Counted from the first letter of the stretch, positions 48,840 through 61,175 are shown. The stretch is 64,000 nucleotides of DNA from Octopus sinensis (GCF_006345805.1 NC_043026.1:10540001-10604000), one strand, 5' to 3'. The notes: generated by a model from the sequence alone, not told the origin. Numbers and translations are program-made.

Positions 48840-49210
48840 CCGTTTAGCATTTAAACCAGCCACAACTGGCCCAAATATGCTACCTCTTTTATTTTCAAAC
48901 TAACCAGAGTTGGCCTCTTACACCTACCCTACAATGTTATTCTAAAAATACTCAATCACATCATCAACACTTGAAAGCTGTGAGTTAATGCATGACAAAT
49001 TGAAAATAACGTGAATAAACATCACATTGGACAGAATGAACTACATAGGCGCAGGAGTGGCTGTGTGGTAAGTAGCTTGCTTACCAACCACATGGTTCCG
49101 GGTTCAGTCCCACTGCGTGGAATCTTGGGCAAGTGTCTTCTACTATAGCCTCAGGCCGACCAATGCCTTGTGAGTGGATTTGGTAGATGGAAACTGAAAG
49201 AAGCCTGTCG

Positions 49211-49249
<39 letters not shown>

Positions 49250-49468
49250 ATATGTTTATGTGTCTGTGTTTGTCCCCTAGCATTGCTTGACAACCGATGC
49301 TGGTGTGTTTACGTCCCCGTCACTTAGCGGTTCGGCAAAAGAGACCGATAGAATAAGTACTGGGCTTACAAAGTCCCAGGGTCGATTTGCTTGACTAAAG
49401 GCAGTGCTCCAGCATGGCCACAGTCAAATGACTGAAACAAGTAAAAGAGTAAAGAGTATAGTAAAGGG
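48840..49468. mobile_element. piggyBac-type MITE (same family as 29348-29568) with nested SINE-A at 49047-49457
   Basis: TTAA|CCGTTTAG...GTAAAGGG|TTAA; interior homologous to the first copy. Confidence 0.8.
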
Positions 49469-49479
49469 TTAAGTCGTCA

Positions 49480-50200
49480 CTTACAGGGAATGTTTTAGCA
49501 CAAATATCAGTGGGAACACTTCAGCCCTGCCATGATCTCGTTTGTGAGAAGGTAATTTGCTATTTTGAGTGAATGACTTCTTGTATGGATATGTCTGTGA
49601 TCAGATAAGCGAGAACTCATAGTGAATGATTTCCCCACAGATATCATTGTGATATGGTTTCTCTTCTGTGTGAAAACGTCTGTGAGTTTCTGATTTGTCA
49701 TTTAGGGAGAATTATTTATCACAGACATCACAGGAATAGGGTGTCTCAATAAATTAGCTTACTATTAAAAGAGAAATATTTGTTACAGATGCCTAGACTG
49801 GCTTCCGTGCCGGTGGCACGTAAAAAGCACCAATCCGATCGTGGCCGTTGCCAGCTTCCCCTGGCACGTAAAAAGCACCCACTACACTCACGGAGTGGTT
49901 GGCATTAGGAAGGGCATCCAGCGGTAAAAACACTGCCAGATCAGACTGGAGCCTGGTGCAGCCTTCTGGCTTCCCAGATTCCCGGTCGAACCGTCCAACC
50001 CATGCTAGCATGAAAAGCAGACGTTAAATGATGATGATGATGATGTCACAGTAACATGGCTTTTGTATGAATACCTTCATGAGTTAAAGCACTGATGAAA
50101 GAGAAGAGATGTTACAGGAATATGGTGTCTCTCTTGAATGAAAATGTTTGTGAGAAGTTAAGCACTACTTTGAGAGAAGGATTTACTACAAATGATATGG
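49480..50200 (-). pseudogene. Decayed zinc-finger sequence just 3' of the ZNF-B stop, interrupted by an RTE-tail repeat
   Basis: Residual TGTGATATCTGTGG..AAATCATTC and GAGAAACCATAT units on the minus strand. Confidence 0.65.
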
Positions 50201-50208
50201 TTTCTATC

Positions 50209-51324
50209 CTATATGAGCATGTATACGAGTACACCACAGTGATAAGGCCTCTCGCTGGCATGATTACGTTTGTGACATTTTAAAACACTTTGGTCTGAGA
50301 ATGATGTACCACAGATATCACAGTGATAGGGCTTCTCTGCTGTATGAACACGTATGTGCCTAGTCAAGTTACTTTTTTGAGAGAATGATTTACCACAAGT
50401 GTCACAGTGAAACGGTTTCTCTCCTGTATGAACAAGTTGGTGTATAGTCAAGTTATTACTTTGAGGGAAAGATTTACCACAGATGTCACAGTGAAATGGC
50501 TTCTCTCCTGTATGAACACGTATGTGAGACTCCAAGGCACTTTGCTGAGAGAATGATGCACTGCAGACATTACAGTGAAACGGCTTTTCTCCAGTATGAA
50601 TACGTTTGTGTGAAGTCAAGCTACCTTTCTGAGGGAATGATATACCACAAATGTCACAGTCATATGGCTTATCTCCTATATGAATACGTCGGTGTTTGGT
50701 CAAGCTGTCTTTTCCCCGGAATGATTTGTCACAGATGTCACAGTGAAATGGCTTCTCTCCTGTATGAAAACGCTTGTGAGAATCTAAAGAACTCCGCTGA
50801 GAGAATGATGTACCACAGACATCACAGTGAAATGGCTTCTCTCCTGTATGAATTTGCTTGTGTATAGATAAATTACCATTTTGAGTGAATGATTTACCAC
50901 AGACATCACAGTGATATGGCTTCTCTCCAGTATGAATACGTTTGTGTTTAGTCAGTGAAACATTTATAGAGAATGATTTACCACAAGTGTCACAGTGAAA
51001 TGGCTTCTCCCCTGTATGAACACGTATATGAGAATTTAAAGCATTGTGGTTAGAGAATGACCTACTACAGACATTACAGTGAAATGGCTTCTCTCCTGTA
51101 TGAATACGTTTGTGTGTACTCAAGTTACAACTCTGAGAGAATGATTTATCACAAATGTCACAATGAAATGGCTTCTCTCCTCTATGAATACGTTTGTGCG
51201 TATTCAAGCTGCTCTTTTGAGAGAAAGACTTTTTACAGACATCACACTCATGTGACAATTTTTGGCTCCCTTTTTCTCTATTTTCTGGAAAAATCAGTTT
51301 CTTTATTTTCTCACTCTTTTCCAT
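50209..51324 (-). CDS. ZNF-B: tandem C2H2 zinc-finger protein, 371 aa, 12 intact fingers
   Basis: Open ORF with 12 fingers; the 13th breaks off after YHCG. Confidence 0.9.
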   Translation of the reverse strand: MEKSEKIKKLIFPENREKGSQKLSHECDVCKKSFSQKSSLNTHKRIHRGEKPFHCDICDKSFSQSCNLSTHKRIHTGEKPFHCNVCSRSFSNHNALNSHIRVHTGEKPFHCDTCGKSFSINVSLTKHKRIHTGEKPYHCDVCGKSFTQNGNLSIHKQIHTGEKPFHCDVCGTSFSQRSSLDSHKRFHTGEKPFHCDICDKSFRGKDSLTKHRRIHIGDKPYDCDICGISFPQKGSLTSHKRIHTGEKPFHCNVCSASFSQQSALESHIRVHTGEKPFHCDICGKSFPQSNNLTIHQLVHTGEKPFHCDTCGKSFSQKSNLTRHIRVHTAEKPYHCDICGTSFSDQSVLKCHKRNHASERPYHCGVLVYMLI

Positions 51325-52154
51325 TATTTTTCTTCAAAAATCACAGTATATAATCTTTTTTCACCTTTTTGATTCTATAGTATTTTGTTTCCAAATATTT
51401 CGACTGCTCTATTTCTGTCCCTTATCACCTTTGTCCCAAAGTTCTTTAGTAAATTTATCCAAGTTTAGTTTGAACAAAGACTCATCTTGTAGACACTCCA
51501 GCCAGTGATGTCCAGAAGGTTTGCTAATAATACTTTTCAGAGTAAATATATCAGAGGAATTCTGCCATAGATTTAGAGAAACAATCTTATATATCTGTTC
51601 TGTACAATATTTCCATTTTGGTCTTTAAAAAGATGATAAATAATGAGGATGTATCTTCAGTTATGCCAATGTCATCTGATATTCTGAAATAATAAAGAAA
51701 CAACAGTGTAAGATAGAGAGGCTACTTAAAAAATACAGATTCAACATTTCCATAGAGATAAATTCTAGAAATAAACATTTAACTGAACAACAGAACTTTC
51801 TAATTTATTAGAATTTACATGAGAAAATCTTCTGTGAAGCTAACATATTTTTAAACTCCAGCTACACATTCACACACACACATATATATATATGTATATA
51901 TATATATATACTTTTCCTTGTATCAGTTGTTTTGGCTGTGGCTATACTGGAGCATCACCTTAGAAGGTGTTAGTTGATCAAATCAACCCTAGGACTTCAC
52001 TTTTGAGCCTAGTACTTATATTGGCCTCTTTTGTGAAACCACTAAATAATGGTGACATATACACACCAACACTGGTTATCAAGTGTTGGTGGGGCGTCAA
52101 ACAGTCACAAAGACACACAGAGATATATATGTATATACACATAAATACTCATTA

Positions 52155-52191
<37 letters not shown>

Positions 52192-53344
52192 GCTTCCTTC
52201 AGTTTCTATCTACCAAATCCAATCACAAGGATTTGGTCGGCTAATGTCTATTGTATAAAATACTTGCCTAAGTAGGTACGCAGTGGGATTGAACCTGGAA
52301 ACATATATATATATATATGCTTACACGTTAATATATATGTATGTGTATGTATATACATGTGTGTGTATGTGAAGGTATTGGGGTTAGTGGTCTGAGCAAT
52401 CAGCTCCTAATAAGGTCATAATTCCAATTCCCAGCAGTGTGCTGTGTTGTTGAGCAAGACATGTTGCTCCAGGTTCACTCAGCTGACAAAAGTGAATTGT
52501 ACGAGTAATTTGAAGGGCCAGCCTTATCAAATGGTCACATGCTTAATATGTGAGAGCTCCGTTATGGGTGAGCGTGTCTGTGGGGTGCTCAGCCACTTAC
52601 ATGTTAATTTGAAGAGTAGGCTGTTCTGTTGATTGGAATTAGAAAAGCCTGACAGGGAAAGAGGGGTCATTATCCCATTGTAGGAGGGTAAAGGGGCCTA
52701 CCACAACTGCAACAATTATAGGGCTGTTTCTCTCCTCTCAGTTGCCACTAAGTCATCTGCTTGCTTCTCAGCAGTCAGGTTTCCCACCAAAGAGGTCAAT
52801 ACTGAAAACGTAAGGACTTTAAAGACTGAAGGGAAAAAAAAGAGAAAAAATTTTAAAAAAGGTGAAAGAAATTACTCATTTTGCCCCACCTACTAATTTT
52901 TGTTCCCTTTCTCTATATCAAGAAACAAACATTCGATGCAGAAAGTGGTGTAGATGTTCTTCAGTTTCTATTTGGCTGTCTTCATATTTATTATGGTTGA
53001 ATGAGATATTCCCACAAAGATCATCATCATCATCATTTAACGTCCGTTCTCCATGCTAGTATGGGTTGGACGGTTCGACTGGAGATCTGGGAAGCCAGAA
53101 GGCTGCACCAGGCTCCGGTCTTATCTGGCAAAGTTTCTACAGCTGGATGCCCTTCCTAACGCCAACCACTCCGTGAGTGTAGTGGGTGCTTTTTACGTGC
53201 CACCTGCACTGGTGCCAGGCGAGGCTGGCATCGGCCACGGTCGGATTGGTGCATTTTATGGAAGCCAGTCGAGGCGGCACTGGCTTCGGCTACGATTCGG
53301 ATGTTGGGATTGACATGTGCCCTTCATTTAACCATCTTACAAAC

Positions 53345-53650
53345 AATAACTCTGAGCCCCTTTTTGAACTCCACCTGTCTAACACCCGTGGACATATTTA
53401 CAAAGTCAGAAAACAGCACAGCTCCCATGACTTTAGGAAACATTTTTTCACGCTGAGAGTTGCTGAAGCATGGCACAAACTGCCGGCATCAGTTGTTAGT
53501 TGTTGGAGCACTGCATCCTTCAAAACTTCCATGCTTTCTGAGATTCGTCAACACTACACCTGATTTTCTCCCCTCCATACACACGCAAGCATGTATCTGA
53601 CTCATACACTGTTCACTTCCCAGACATTTGTACATTACTGCATATGCAGA
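53345..53650 (+). mobile_element. CR1-group LINE 3' end (second family)
   Basis: Near-identical to 5312-5690; a partial repeat follows at 53665-53780. Confidence 0.85.
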
Positions 53651-54783
53651 CACCCATAAAATTATTAACCATCTCATTAACAATAACTCTGAGCCCCTTT
53701 TCAAACTCCACCTGTCGGCATATTTACAAAATCAGAAAACAGCACAGCTCCCATGACTTTCGGAAACATTTTTTCACTTAAAACTGATTTCTTTTACTAC
53801 TTGCTCTTGATAAAATGACAAGAGCGGTCAAATACCTTTCCTGGAGACGTATTAAAGCGTCAATTCCAAAGATATTTTCATTTGGTTCTCGTTCATTTTA
53901 CCAAATTCAATTCCATATAAATACTGGAGAGTAATTTCCATTCGTCAATAAAGAACTATGTGATTAAACGGGAAGGCGGCCCTAAATTCCGGTCTGAAAG
54001 CTACGTCCCACAGAGATGACAAGAATTAAAGCACCTCTCAGTTTCATTCAAACAAATCTGAAGCTAGTACAAGACTTATGACGGCATTCCTTCGATATAA
54101 CTCGACAAAAGTCAAACCATTTCACTTCGGATATTTCCGTGGAAGCAAATGACAGTTCGATTCTGTTTGGAAATTTGCGGATTTTACATACACACATGAA
54201 ACGGGTGTAGAACGAATATGCAAGGCTTTCTTTCTTCAAGTTTATACCTTTATGACTTTTGGTCATTATGGAGGAAAGCAACGTCGGGTATCTTTAATTT
54301 TACAACAAGAACTGTATGTGGGAGTGAGTAGCTTCCAGAAAGCAAGCGATTCACTAAGTAAAAATCGGAAAAAAAGCCCAGGATTTTATAACATCCCACG
54401 GAAGTTTCCAGAAGAGTTCTGAAATGTCCTTTAGAATAATTCTGGCTAAAACCTACAATGATTTCAGTTGAAATCTTTCTAACCAATGTCATAATGGTAA
54501 GAAAATAATAAGAAATTACTCATTTTGCCCCGCTTACTTATTTCTTCCCCTTCCCGATACCAAGAAACGAACATTCGATAAATTATAATAAAACATTCGT
54601 TTCTCAACATTTCTGGGGTTGTAGAGTATTTGGGAATATTTCTCCAACTAAAATACCCAACAAACTTAAGAGGAAACGATGGAGAGAGTAGAAGGTAGCC
54701 ACCATAGCTAGAAATAGCAGCTAAATGTGGAACAAAATCTGATACACGAATTATTGAAAGATTAAATGTTTTCATTGTTTAAT

Positions 54784-54954
54784 ACTTACGGAAATGTCTT
54801 TATAAAAGATGGTGTCGTTGTTATGAGTGCGTCAGGTGGTAGAGAAATGTTTTATAAATGTATTGCCGAGTGAATTAATAGAAATTCTGGCGCCAAACAA
54901 AGCTTGTCAAGATGTAATGAATAGAAGCGGAAATAGGCTTAGTGCGCATGCGTA
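54784..54954 (-). promoter_or_regulatory. Putative promoter and non-coding first exon of ZNF-B
   Basis: TGCGCATGCGTA at 54943-54954; donor GTAAGT at 54789-54784; acceptor TTATTTCAG at 51684. Confidence 0.6.
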
Positions 54955-55450
54955 TGTAATAGGTGTGAGATATTCACATTTGGCACAATGCCAGCAATTT
55001 CGGGGGAGGGGAGGGTGCGTAAGTCGATTACCGCGGACCTCAGTTGTTAACTGGTATTTATTTTATTGAACCCCAGCAAAAAGGTGAAAGGCAAACTTTA
55101 TTTGGATCTTTTCGCTTTGACGGGCAGATTTTTAACACAATTTCTAGTTAACTAAACACTTTTAAACTTCGTATACTGGTAGAATGTGTTTATAAAACAT
55201 CTTTTTCTCTTGGCTTTATTGAGAAAATTCTATAGTTTGTAAGATATTTGTTGGGATCCACATTGGATTCCACATTTTTTTTTCTCTTGGCTTTCTTGAG
55301 AAAATTGTAATTTGTAAGTTTAACGTAGCTTAATTTTTCGAATTAAGCTACGTTTTCGAATTTTAACCAATCCTATTGCCTCTATTGAGCTAAAATCAAA
55401 GATCCCGGAATTTTTATTCCCTAAAAAAATAATATATAAATATTATACAT

Positions 55451-55846
55451 AGGCGCAGGAGTGGCTGTGTGGTAAATAGCTTGCTAACCAACCACATGGT
55501 TCCGGGTTCAGTCCCACTGCGTGGCATCTTGGGCAAGTGTCTTCTGCTATAGCCCCGGGCCGACCAATGCCTTGTGAGTGGATTTGGTAGACGGAAACTG
55601 AAAGAAGCCTGTCGTATATATGTATATATATATATGTGTGTGTGTGTTTGTCCCCTAGCATTGCTTGACAACCGATGCTGGTGTGTTTACGTCCCCGTAA
55701 CTTAGCGGTTCGGCAAAAGAGACCGATTGAATAAGTACTGGGCTTACAAAAGAATAAGTTCCGGGGTCGATCTGCTCGACTAAAGGCGGTGCTCCAGCGT
55801 GGCCACAGTCAAATGACTGAAACAAGTAAAAGAGTAAAAGAGAGAG
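55451..55846 (+). mobile_element. SINE family A, full-length copy
   Basis: Same structure as the other SINE-A copies; lies between the divergent ZNF promoters. Confidence 0.9.
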
Positions 55847-55868
55847 TATATATATATATATACTCTCT

Positions 55869-55917
<49 letters not shown>

Positions 55918-56017
55918 GGTGTAAACACATAAATGTGAAACAAGGTGGAAAAAAGAGTACTCAAATACCAGTGGTAGAGTAATATGCTTTATTTTAAGCA
56001 GTTTTTGCTAGCAAAAA

Positions 56018-56055
56018 CTGTCTGATGAACGGCAACGAGAAACTCAGAGTAACAG
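56018..56055 (+). ncRNA. Minimal type I hammerhead-ribozyme-like fold (Penelope-like remnant)
   Basis: CTGT-CTGATGA-A-CG-GCAA-CG-A-GAAA-CTC-A-GAG-TA-ACAG. Intact core; stem I CTGT/ACAG; stem III ACTC/GAGT; GUA cleavage triplet; weak stem II. Confidence 0.6.
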
Positions 56056-56313
56056 ATTTTGTTGAATTTTCTGCTGCTTAAAATAAAGTATATATATATA
56101 TATATCTGTAAATATATACTTATGCATGACTGTGTCTGTATATATGTTCATGTCTACATGTGTGCTTTTTATTTGCACAGTAAAGATGTCTTCTAGAAAT
56201 TTAACCCAGAGATGCTATAATGAGACGCACTCAATACGGGAAACGTAAAGACCGACGTGAAACATCAAGGGAGGTAACAAGCGTGAGCTAATGGAAACAT
56301 CGAGTCCAAAAAC

Positions 56314-56443
56314 GCGCATGCGCACCATGCGTCCATCTCTTTCCATTTTAGCATCGAATTATTTATGTCCATTGCTTGAATTTATGAATACATTTATAAT
56401 ATTTTGTAAACAACACTATCCTTTATAAAACATTGCTGTAAGT
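56314..56443 (+). promoter_or_regulatory. Putative promoter and non-coding first exon of ZNF-C
   Basis: GCGCATGCGC at 56314-56323; donor GTAAGT at 56438 in a context homologous to ZNF-B; acceptor TTATTTCAG at 58062. Confidence 0.6.
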
Positions 56444-56546
56444 ATTAAACAAGGAAAATATTCAGTCTTTTTAATTCTGTAGACTTTCGATATTTGACGT
56501 CTCGATTCTTTGTGTCTTTTCTATCTTTTATGAATGAATGATGTCT

Positions 56547-57016
56547 ATGATTTGTGCGAGATTTGGCTGCTATTTCTAGCTATGGAAGATAGGTGTCTAT
56601 GATTTGTGCGAGATTTAGCTGCTATTTCTAGCTATGAAAGAGAGGTGTCTATGATTTGTGCGAGATTTGGCTGCTATTTCTAGCTATGGAAGAGAGGTGT
56701 CTATATGATTTGTGCGAGATTTGGCTGCTATTTCTAGCTATGGAAGAGAGGTGTCTATGATTTGTGCGAGATTTGGCTGCTATTTCTAGCTATGGAAGAG
56801 AGGTGTCTATGATTTGTGCGAGATTTGGCTGCTATTTCTAGCTATGGAAGAGAGGTGTCTATGATTTGTGCGAGATTTGGCTGCTATTTCTAGCTATGGA
56901 AGAGAGGGGTCTATGATTTGTGCGAGATTTGGCTGCTATTTCTAGTTATGGAAGAGAGGTGTCTATGATTTGTGCGAGATTTGGCTGCTATTTCTAGCTA
57001 TGGAAGAGAGGTGTCT
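56547..57016 (+). repeat. 52-bp minisatellite, 9 copies
   Basis: Unit ATGATTTGTGCGAGATTTGGCTGCTATTTCTAGCTATGGAAGAGAGGTGTCT; copies nearly identical. Confidence 0.96.
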
Positions 57017-57384
57017 ATGAATAGTGCAACGGGTATTAAAAAATGGGGAGCAGGAAACGAAAATGAAAGGAAAAATGCGTGGAAAGCAACGGCGGGATGG
57101 GGAGAGGACTTCGGAAAATTCACAAGATCCGAGTTTTTCCCTAATAACTTTTAGGAAAATGGTTTTATTTTTTTTAAATGAAATTTTATATGAATACTTT
57201 TCAAACGGCATACATTACGATTATAACGAAATTTGTGGGTAAAATCTTTTCCTAGGGGTGGGGAGAGGACTTCGGTAGAATTTATCTCCTTTCATAAAAG
57301 GGGTTAATTTTGTATTTTCGTTTTATTATCATCATCATCATTATTATTATTTTTGTATTATAAATTCAGAATTGATTTTCCAAT

Positions 57385-57786
57385 AGGCGCAGGAGTGGCT
57401 GTGTGGTAAGTAGCTTGTTTACCAACCACATGGTTCCGGGTTCAGTCCCATTGCATGGCATCTTGGGCAAGTGTCTTCTACTATAGTTTCGGGCCGACCA
57501 AAGCCTTGTGAGTGGATTTGGTAGACGGAAACTGAAAAGAATGTATATATATATATATACATGTGTGCGTGTATGTCTGTGTGTCTGTGTTTGTCCTCCT
57601 AGCATTGCTTGACAACCGATGCTGGTGTGTTTATGTCCCCGTTACTTAGCGGTTCGACAAAAGAGACCGATAGAATAAGTACTGGGCTTACAAAAGAATA
57701 AGTCCCGGGGTTAAGTTGCTCGATTAAAGGCGGTACTCCAGCATGGCCGCAGTCAAATGACTGAAACAAGTAAAAGAGTAAAGAGT
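57385..57786 (+). mobile_element. SINE family A, full-length copy
   Basis: Same structure as the other SINE-A copies; lies in the inferred ZNF-C intron. Confidence 0.9.
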
Positions 57787-58413
57787 AATTAAGGAATAAA
57801 TTGTATCTCAATTGAAGAATAAATTGAATTTAGAATCACAAATTTCTATACAACATATTTTGCTTTTTTCTTCCAAAATATACAAAATTTCATTTGCGGA
57901 CAACACCAGGTGTCTCTGCTAGTAAATTAAAAAGTTCAGTTGTGAGGTAGATGTTTATTTCTACAGTTCCTCTCTACAGACGTGTTGTAGATTTTCCACT
58001 GTTGAATCTGTATTTATAAAGTAACCTCTATATCTTTCACTGTTGTTTCTTTATTATTTCAGAATATCAGATGACGTTTGGGATACCAAGAGATATATGC
58101 TCCTTATCTATCATCTTTTGAAGACTGAAGAAAAATGTTGTACAGAAGAGATATATAACACTGTTTCTATAAATCTTTGGCAGAATTACTGTGAAATATT
58201 TCCTCTGAACTGTGATTATTAGCAAAATGTGTACTACACTGATTGTAGTGTCTACAAGATGAGATTGTGTAAACTAAACTTGAATAAATTTACAAGAGTT
58301 CTTAGATAAAGGTAACACTAGATAAAAATACAGCAGTATGTATAATTGTAAAGAATAAAGTACAAGAACAAAAGCAAGAAATATATATGCATTGTGATTT
58401 GAGAAGGTAAATA

Positions 58414-59487
58414 ATGGAAAAGATCGAGAAATCTGAGGAAATGATTTTTCCTGAAGGTACGATAAAAGAGAAAAGTAAATTGTCATACAACTGTGATATC
58501 TGTAAAAAGTCCTTCTCTCAAAAAGGTAACCTGAATACTCACAAACGTATTCATACTAGGGAGAAGCCATATCATTGTGATATTTGTGGTAAATCATTCA
58601 CTGGAAGTATTGACTTAACTAGGCATGTACGCATTCATACAGGTGAAAAACCATATCATTGTGATATCTGTGGTAAATCCTTCTCTCAAAGTGTTGTCTT
58701 AACTACACACAAACGTATTCATACAGGAGAGAAGCCATATCACTGTGATATCTGTGGTAAATCATTCTCTCGAAGTTACCATGTCACTTCTCACAAACGT
58801 ATTCATTCAGGAGAGAAGCCCTATTGTTGTGATATCTGTGGTAATTCATTCTCTGAAAGTAGTGTCTTAACTAAACACAAGCGTATTCATACAGGAGAGG
58901 AGTCATATCGCTGTGATATCTGTGGTAAATCATTCTCTCTAAGTAACCACTTAGCTGATCACAAAAGTATTCATACAGAGGAAAAGAGATATCTCTGTCA
59001 CATCTGTGGTAAATCATTCTCTGTAAGTAATCACTTGGCTGATCATAAAAGGGGTCACACTGGAGAGAAGAGGTATCTCTGTGACATCTGTGGTAAATCA
59101 TTCTCTGAACGTAGTGCATTAACTAGACACAGCCGTATTCACACAGGGGAGAAGCCATTTCATTGTGATATCTGTGGTAAATCATTCTGCAGAAGTAGTG
59201 ACTTTACAAAACACAAACGTATTCATTCAGGAGAGAAACCATATCACTGTGATATCTGTAATAAATCATTCTCTCAAGGTAATAACTTAGCTAAACACAT
59301 ATATATTCATACAGGAGAGAAGTCATATCACTGTGATATCTGTGCTAAATCATTCTCGACAAGTAGTGCCTTGACTTCTCACAAACATGTTCACACAGGG
59401 GAAAAGCCATTTCACTGTGATATCTGTGGTAAATTATTCTCTCAAAACAGTGACTTAACTAAACACAGACGTATTCATACAAGATAA
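58414..59487 (+). CDS. ZNF-C: tandem C2H2 zinc-finger protein, 357 aa, 12 fingers
   Basis: Open ORF. Leader [14 protein letters not shown] resembles ZNF-B MEKSEKIKKLIFPE. The stop falls inside a linker. Confidence 0.92.
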   Translation: MEKIEKSEEMIFPEGTIKEKSKLSYNCDICKKSFSQKGNLNTHKRIHTREKPYHCDICGKSFTGSIDLTRHVRIHTGEKPYHCDICGKSFSQSVVLTTHKRIHTGEKPYHCDICGKSFSRSYHVTSHKRIHSGEKPYCCDICGNSFSESSVLTKHKRIHTGEESYRCDICGKSFSLSNHLADHKSIHTEEKRYLCHICGKSFSVSNHLADHKRGHTGEKRYLCDICGKSFSERSALTRHSRIHTGEKPFHCDICGKSFCRSSDFTKHKRIHSGEKPYHCDICNKSFSQGNNLAKHIYIHTGEKSYHCDICAKSFSTSSALTSHKHVHTGEKPFHCDICGKLFSQNSDLTKHRRIHTR

Positions 59488-60859
59488 AAGCCATCCCATT
59501 GTGATATCAATGGCACATCATTCTCTGGAAGTCTTCAATTAGCTAAATGCAAACATATTCTTAGAGGAGAGAAACCATGTCACTGATGTATGTGGTAAAT
59601 CTTTCACTGAAAGTAGCCACTGATGCAGACATGTATATATTCATATACAAGTATAACTATATCAATGTAAAATTTCATAGCAACAACGAATATTTTGACC
59701 TTTACCTATAGTGTGAATAGCCTTGTGGGTTTTAATCTCAGCAATAACTGACACGTTGAGGCACTGTATTTTTAGCTGTCATTTTCAGCTGGTTGACCCT
59801 TCTTGATGCAACTCACTTTAGATATCTCCTATAGCATACAGTGATATTGATTTTAGTTAAAATTCCTCTATAAGATAAAAAATTGCTCATCTGTATCAAT
59901 ATGTATTCATATAAAGAAGGAGATACAACAGTGTGTGGCAACTGCCTCCCAATACTACATTTTATTTCACAACAACTATATTTTCACAGGTGAGATAATT
60001 TATGTCTGGGATATTTTTAATAAAGGCAATTTCTTCTCGCTTTTGAATTTGTATTGATCTGAAACTATGTTGAAACTAATATTGTTATATTTGGGAAAAG
60101 CTATAATTAATAAAGTCTAATACATGTTTGTTTGTTTGTTTTTTCATTTATTCTTTTTTTTTTAAGCAGTTGATGTTTGCGTCCCACAAAATATTTTTCA
60201 TCACACTGATCTGTAGCTTTCTGAATGGTGTGGTGACAAAGTTTCTCTCACCTTTCGTCATCTGACTCCAGATCATTTCCTCCATTACAGCAAAACCCCT
60301 GTTTCTGTCTCTGCCTCTCGGTTACACTCTAACCTTTCATCCTCTGACACAAGTTCCCTCTTCAAATGCCCCTGCCCCTCTCAAAAGTCCTTGTCTTGCA
60401 AGTTACTTGGTGATCCTGCCACTGCTGGTGCCACGTAAGAAGCATCCAGCCATAAAAACCCTGCCAAAACAGACATAGTAACCTGGAGTAGTCTTCTACC
60501 TGGCTGGCTTCTGTCACATGTTCTGCCCATGCATGCACTGAAAATGGATGTTAAGCGATATGATTATGATCACACCCACACACATAAAGAGATGACACTG
60601 GAAAATCTGAATGTTGTGTAAAGACTTCATTAGCTTACAATTGTTTGTGCTATAGATGTGGTGAACTCTTAGTTGCTCATCAGATAACATTTAGATTTTC
60701 CAGTGTCATTTCTTTGTTTTCTGTTACTGCTCTACGCTCATATAACATTGTGTTCTGGACTTTTTGTATCTTGAGTTCTACTCCAGGTTATCAGTTTCAC
60801 TATGTCTAAGCGAAATATTAAATCATTTGTATGTTTGTGCGTACATCGGTTTCCTACAT

Positions 60860-61175
60860 ATCACAGGCCTTCAATGGGAACTTGAGACGGACCGTCTCAA
60901 GTTCCCATTGAAGGCCTTGCAGCCTTGGTTTCTTCTGGGGCCTCTTTTCACTAACAAGTTCCTTACATAACATTTGTTTAGGGATCCTGCTATCCTTCTA
61001 ATAAGGTGTCCAGTCCAACATAACCAGTGTTTGTGCACCATTGCCTCAATACTCAACATATCAGCTTTCCTCAGGACCTGTGTGTTTGGATTTTTTAAGG
61101 TCCTGCTAACATTCAGGATATGTCAATGCCTGTCATCACCACAGATGGAGGGAGCAGGTTAAGGAGGGGGTCAAC
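60860..61175 (-). mobile_element. RTE-clade LINE C-terminal fragment
   Basis: LSIEAMVHKHWLCWTGHLIR...KRGPRRNQGCKAF. Confidence 0.65.

Noticed and set aside
50496-51353. Plus-strand ORFs with repeating EMASLLYE
   Set aside because: Antisense reading of the ZNF-B finger repeats.
56547-57016. Regular repeat array superficially like CRISPR
   Set aside because: Pure tandem units with no unique spacers, no cas genes, and a eukaryotic context.
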